Assembly (NCBI GenBank): GCA_021163745.1
Contig: JAGGTM010000044.1
Span: 1-33,743 of the forward strand
Direction of reading: 5' to 3'
DNA: 33,743 nucleotides
From: a bacterium
Lineage (GTDB): Bacteria > Patescibacteriota > Minisyncoccia > Portnoybacterales > JAGGTM01
This document shows, piece after piece, positions 32,611-33,743 of this stretch (within the stretch, counting starts at the first letter, position 1; the number at the start of each line of letters is the position of its first letter). The position numbers were made by a program, and so were the translations under genes. Under the pieces are notes generated by a model. That model searched no databases. It saw only the letters and a program-made list of their open reading frames with translations, and was not told the DNA's origin.

Positions 32611-33743
32611 TTTTTGAAAACTCTACATATCCATTTAACAATCTCTCTCTCATTATTCTATCCAAAAACTCTTCTCCCATATATTCGGCAAATATCTTAT
32701 TCCACAAAGCGTCACAAAAATGATATAGATACATTTCCTTAACCGGCTTATTTCTTAATAAAGAAATGCCAATATCAATTAAATCAAAACTCACAAGAAT
32801 ATCTTTTTTAAGGCTTTTAGAATAAAAATAATCTGCAACCCAGCCCAAATCTTTCCAAAAATCCAACTCCAGCTCAGGATGTTTTTTGCTAAATTCATCC
32901 AATACTTTATAAAAATTCGTGTAATGCAAAACTTCTGGAGAAATATGAGGCTCAAACAAACGAGAATCATTCATATTTTTCTTACCTAAATAAGTATTAA
33001 CTATCCTCCAACTAATCTTATTCTTATCAGGCAGCGGGAAGCTTGAGGTTTCTACCTTTAAAATAGAAATTAATTTTTTGGAAAAATCTTTGCGGTCTTT
33101 TACCATTTCAAAAATTAAAGAATGCCAGTGCACTTCATAAAGATAATGTAGAACCATAAAAAATAAATAGAGGACTTCACCGCTGTTTAAAGATGGAACC
33201 GGAATTACAAAAACTACACCTAACTCTTTTAAATGACTCATATGATGTAGCTTTTTCCCTAAAAATCTTTGTCCAACCCCTCTCCATCTTTCAGGAAGAA
33301 CTCTCGCTTCTGTCTCTCTTATCTCAAAATCTTCTGGGCTTAAATTTTTGTAAGATTTTAAAAATATATTATTCAACCAATCGGGATCTTCTGCAAACCT
33401 CAATGCGCAAAATATTTCTATAATATCTTCGTTATCCAACATTTTCTTTATATTAGAACCATATCCCAAACTGTTCATAATAGATTTTGGAGGATTTTTA
33501 TAAAGCAAATCTCTTGCCTTCTCTTTTTTTAAATAAAATCCATTCAATGGCTTTATGAGATTATAAATGGAATTAACAATAGAAGAACACCCTGTCTGAG
33601 AACCCAAATCTGGACTTCCAAAATAAGAAAATAAACTTTTATCATCACATAATGCTTTATCTAATAAGCTCCTGTACAAAACTTCCGCTTCTGGTTTTTT
33701 TAAAAATCCCAATTCTCTTAACCTCTCATTGATTTTCTCTTCC
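32600..33743 (-). CDS. Hypothetical protein (5' end probably outside the window)
   Basis: The frame stays open to the window edge, and the track start at 33712 is only a TTG. It overlaps the murB start by 11 nt, which suggests co-translation. No motif I recognise, and no TM segments. Confidence 0.7.
   Translation of the reverse strand, partial: EEKINERLRELGFLKKPEAEVLYRSLLDKALCDDKSLFSYFGSPDLGSQTGCSSIVNSIYNLIKPLNGFYLKKEKARDLLYKNPPKSIMNSLGYGSNIKKMLDNEDIIEIFCALRFAEDPDWLNNIFLKSYKNLSPEDFEIRETEARVLPERWRGVGQRFLGKKLHHMSHLKELGVVFVIPVPSLNSGEVLYLFFMVLHYLYEVHWHSLIFEMVKDRKDFSKKLISILKVETSSFPLPDKNKISWRIVNTYLGKKNMNDSRLFEPHISPEVLHYTNFYKVLDEFSKKHPELELDFWKDLGWVADYFYSKSLKKDILVSFDLIDIGISLLRNKPVKEMYLYHFCDALWNKIFAEYMGEEFLDRIMRERLLNGYVEFSKNDK

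Overview
AT-rich (about 30% GC by eye, not computed) bacterial chromosomal segment using the standard genetic code. I call 36 protein genes, 35 of them on the minus strand. Content is housekeeping. Cell shape and wall: mreB-mreC-mreD, a second mreB paralog, murA, murB, an L,D-transpeptidase and an ftsA-like gene. Translation: the block infA-rpmJ-rpsM-rpsK-rpsD-rpoA-rplQ-rplM-rpsI, plus frr, hpf, proS, alaS and mnmA. Also present are holB, rseP, two glycosyltransferases flanking an AbiEi/AbiEii pair, a polyprenyl synthase, a ferredoxin and a pyruvoyl SAM decarboxylase. Minimal protein architectures (ProRS without the INS domain, AlaRS without C-Ala), Lys-rich extensions on ribosomal proteins and near-absence of Shine-Dalgarno sequences suggest a reduced-genome lineage such as Patescibacteria/CPR; this is inference only. 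No rRNA, tRNA, CRISPR array, transposase or prophage was found. The most unusual feature is non-coding. Nearly every large spacer (about 2.2 kb, about 6.5% of the window) is filled by one family of mosaic elements. These are built from strict 7-nt-period tandem arrays plus GC-rich perfect hairpin modules, arranged as long imperfect palindromes. Copies share stretches up to about 96% identical, in both orientations, and show an empty-site versus filled-site relationship. I do not recognise this family. Secondary leads are an SD-led, self-terminated 429-aa basic protein of unknown function, an unannotated 50-aa Arg/Lys/Thr-rich ORF, unusually long structured spacers inside the alpha ribosomal operon, and an FtsA-like gene paired with an unknown 576-aa membrane protein. 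Coordinates I derived by hand (not from the ORF track) may be off by 1-2 nt.
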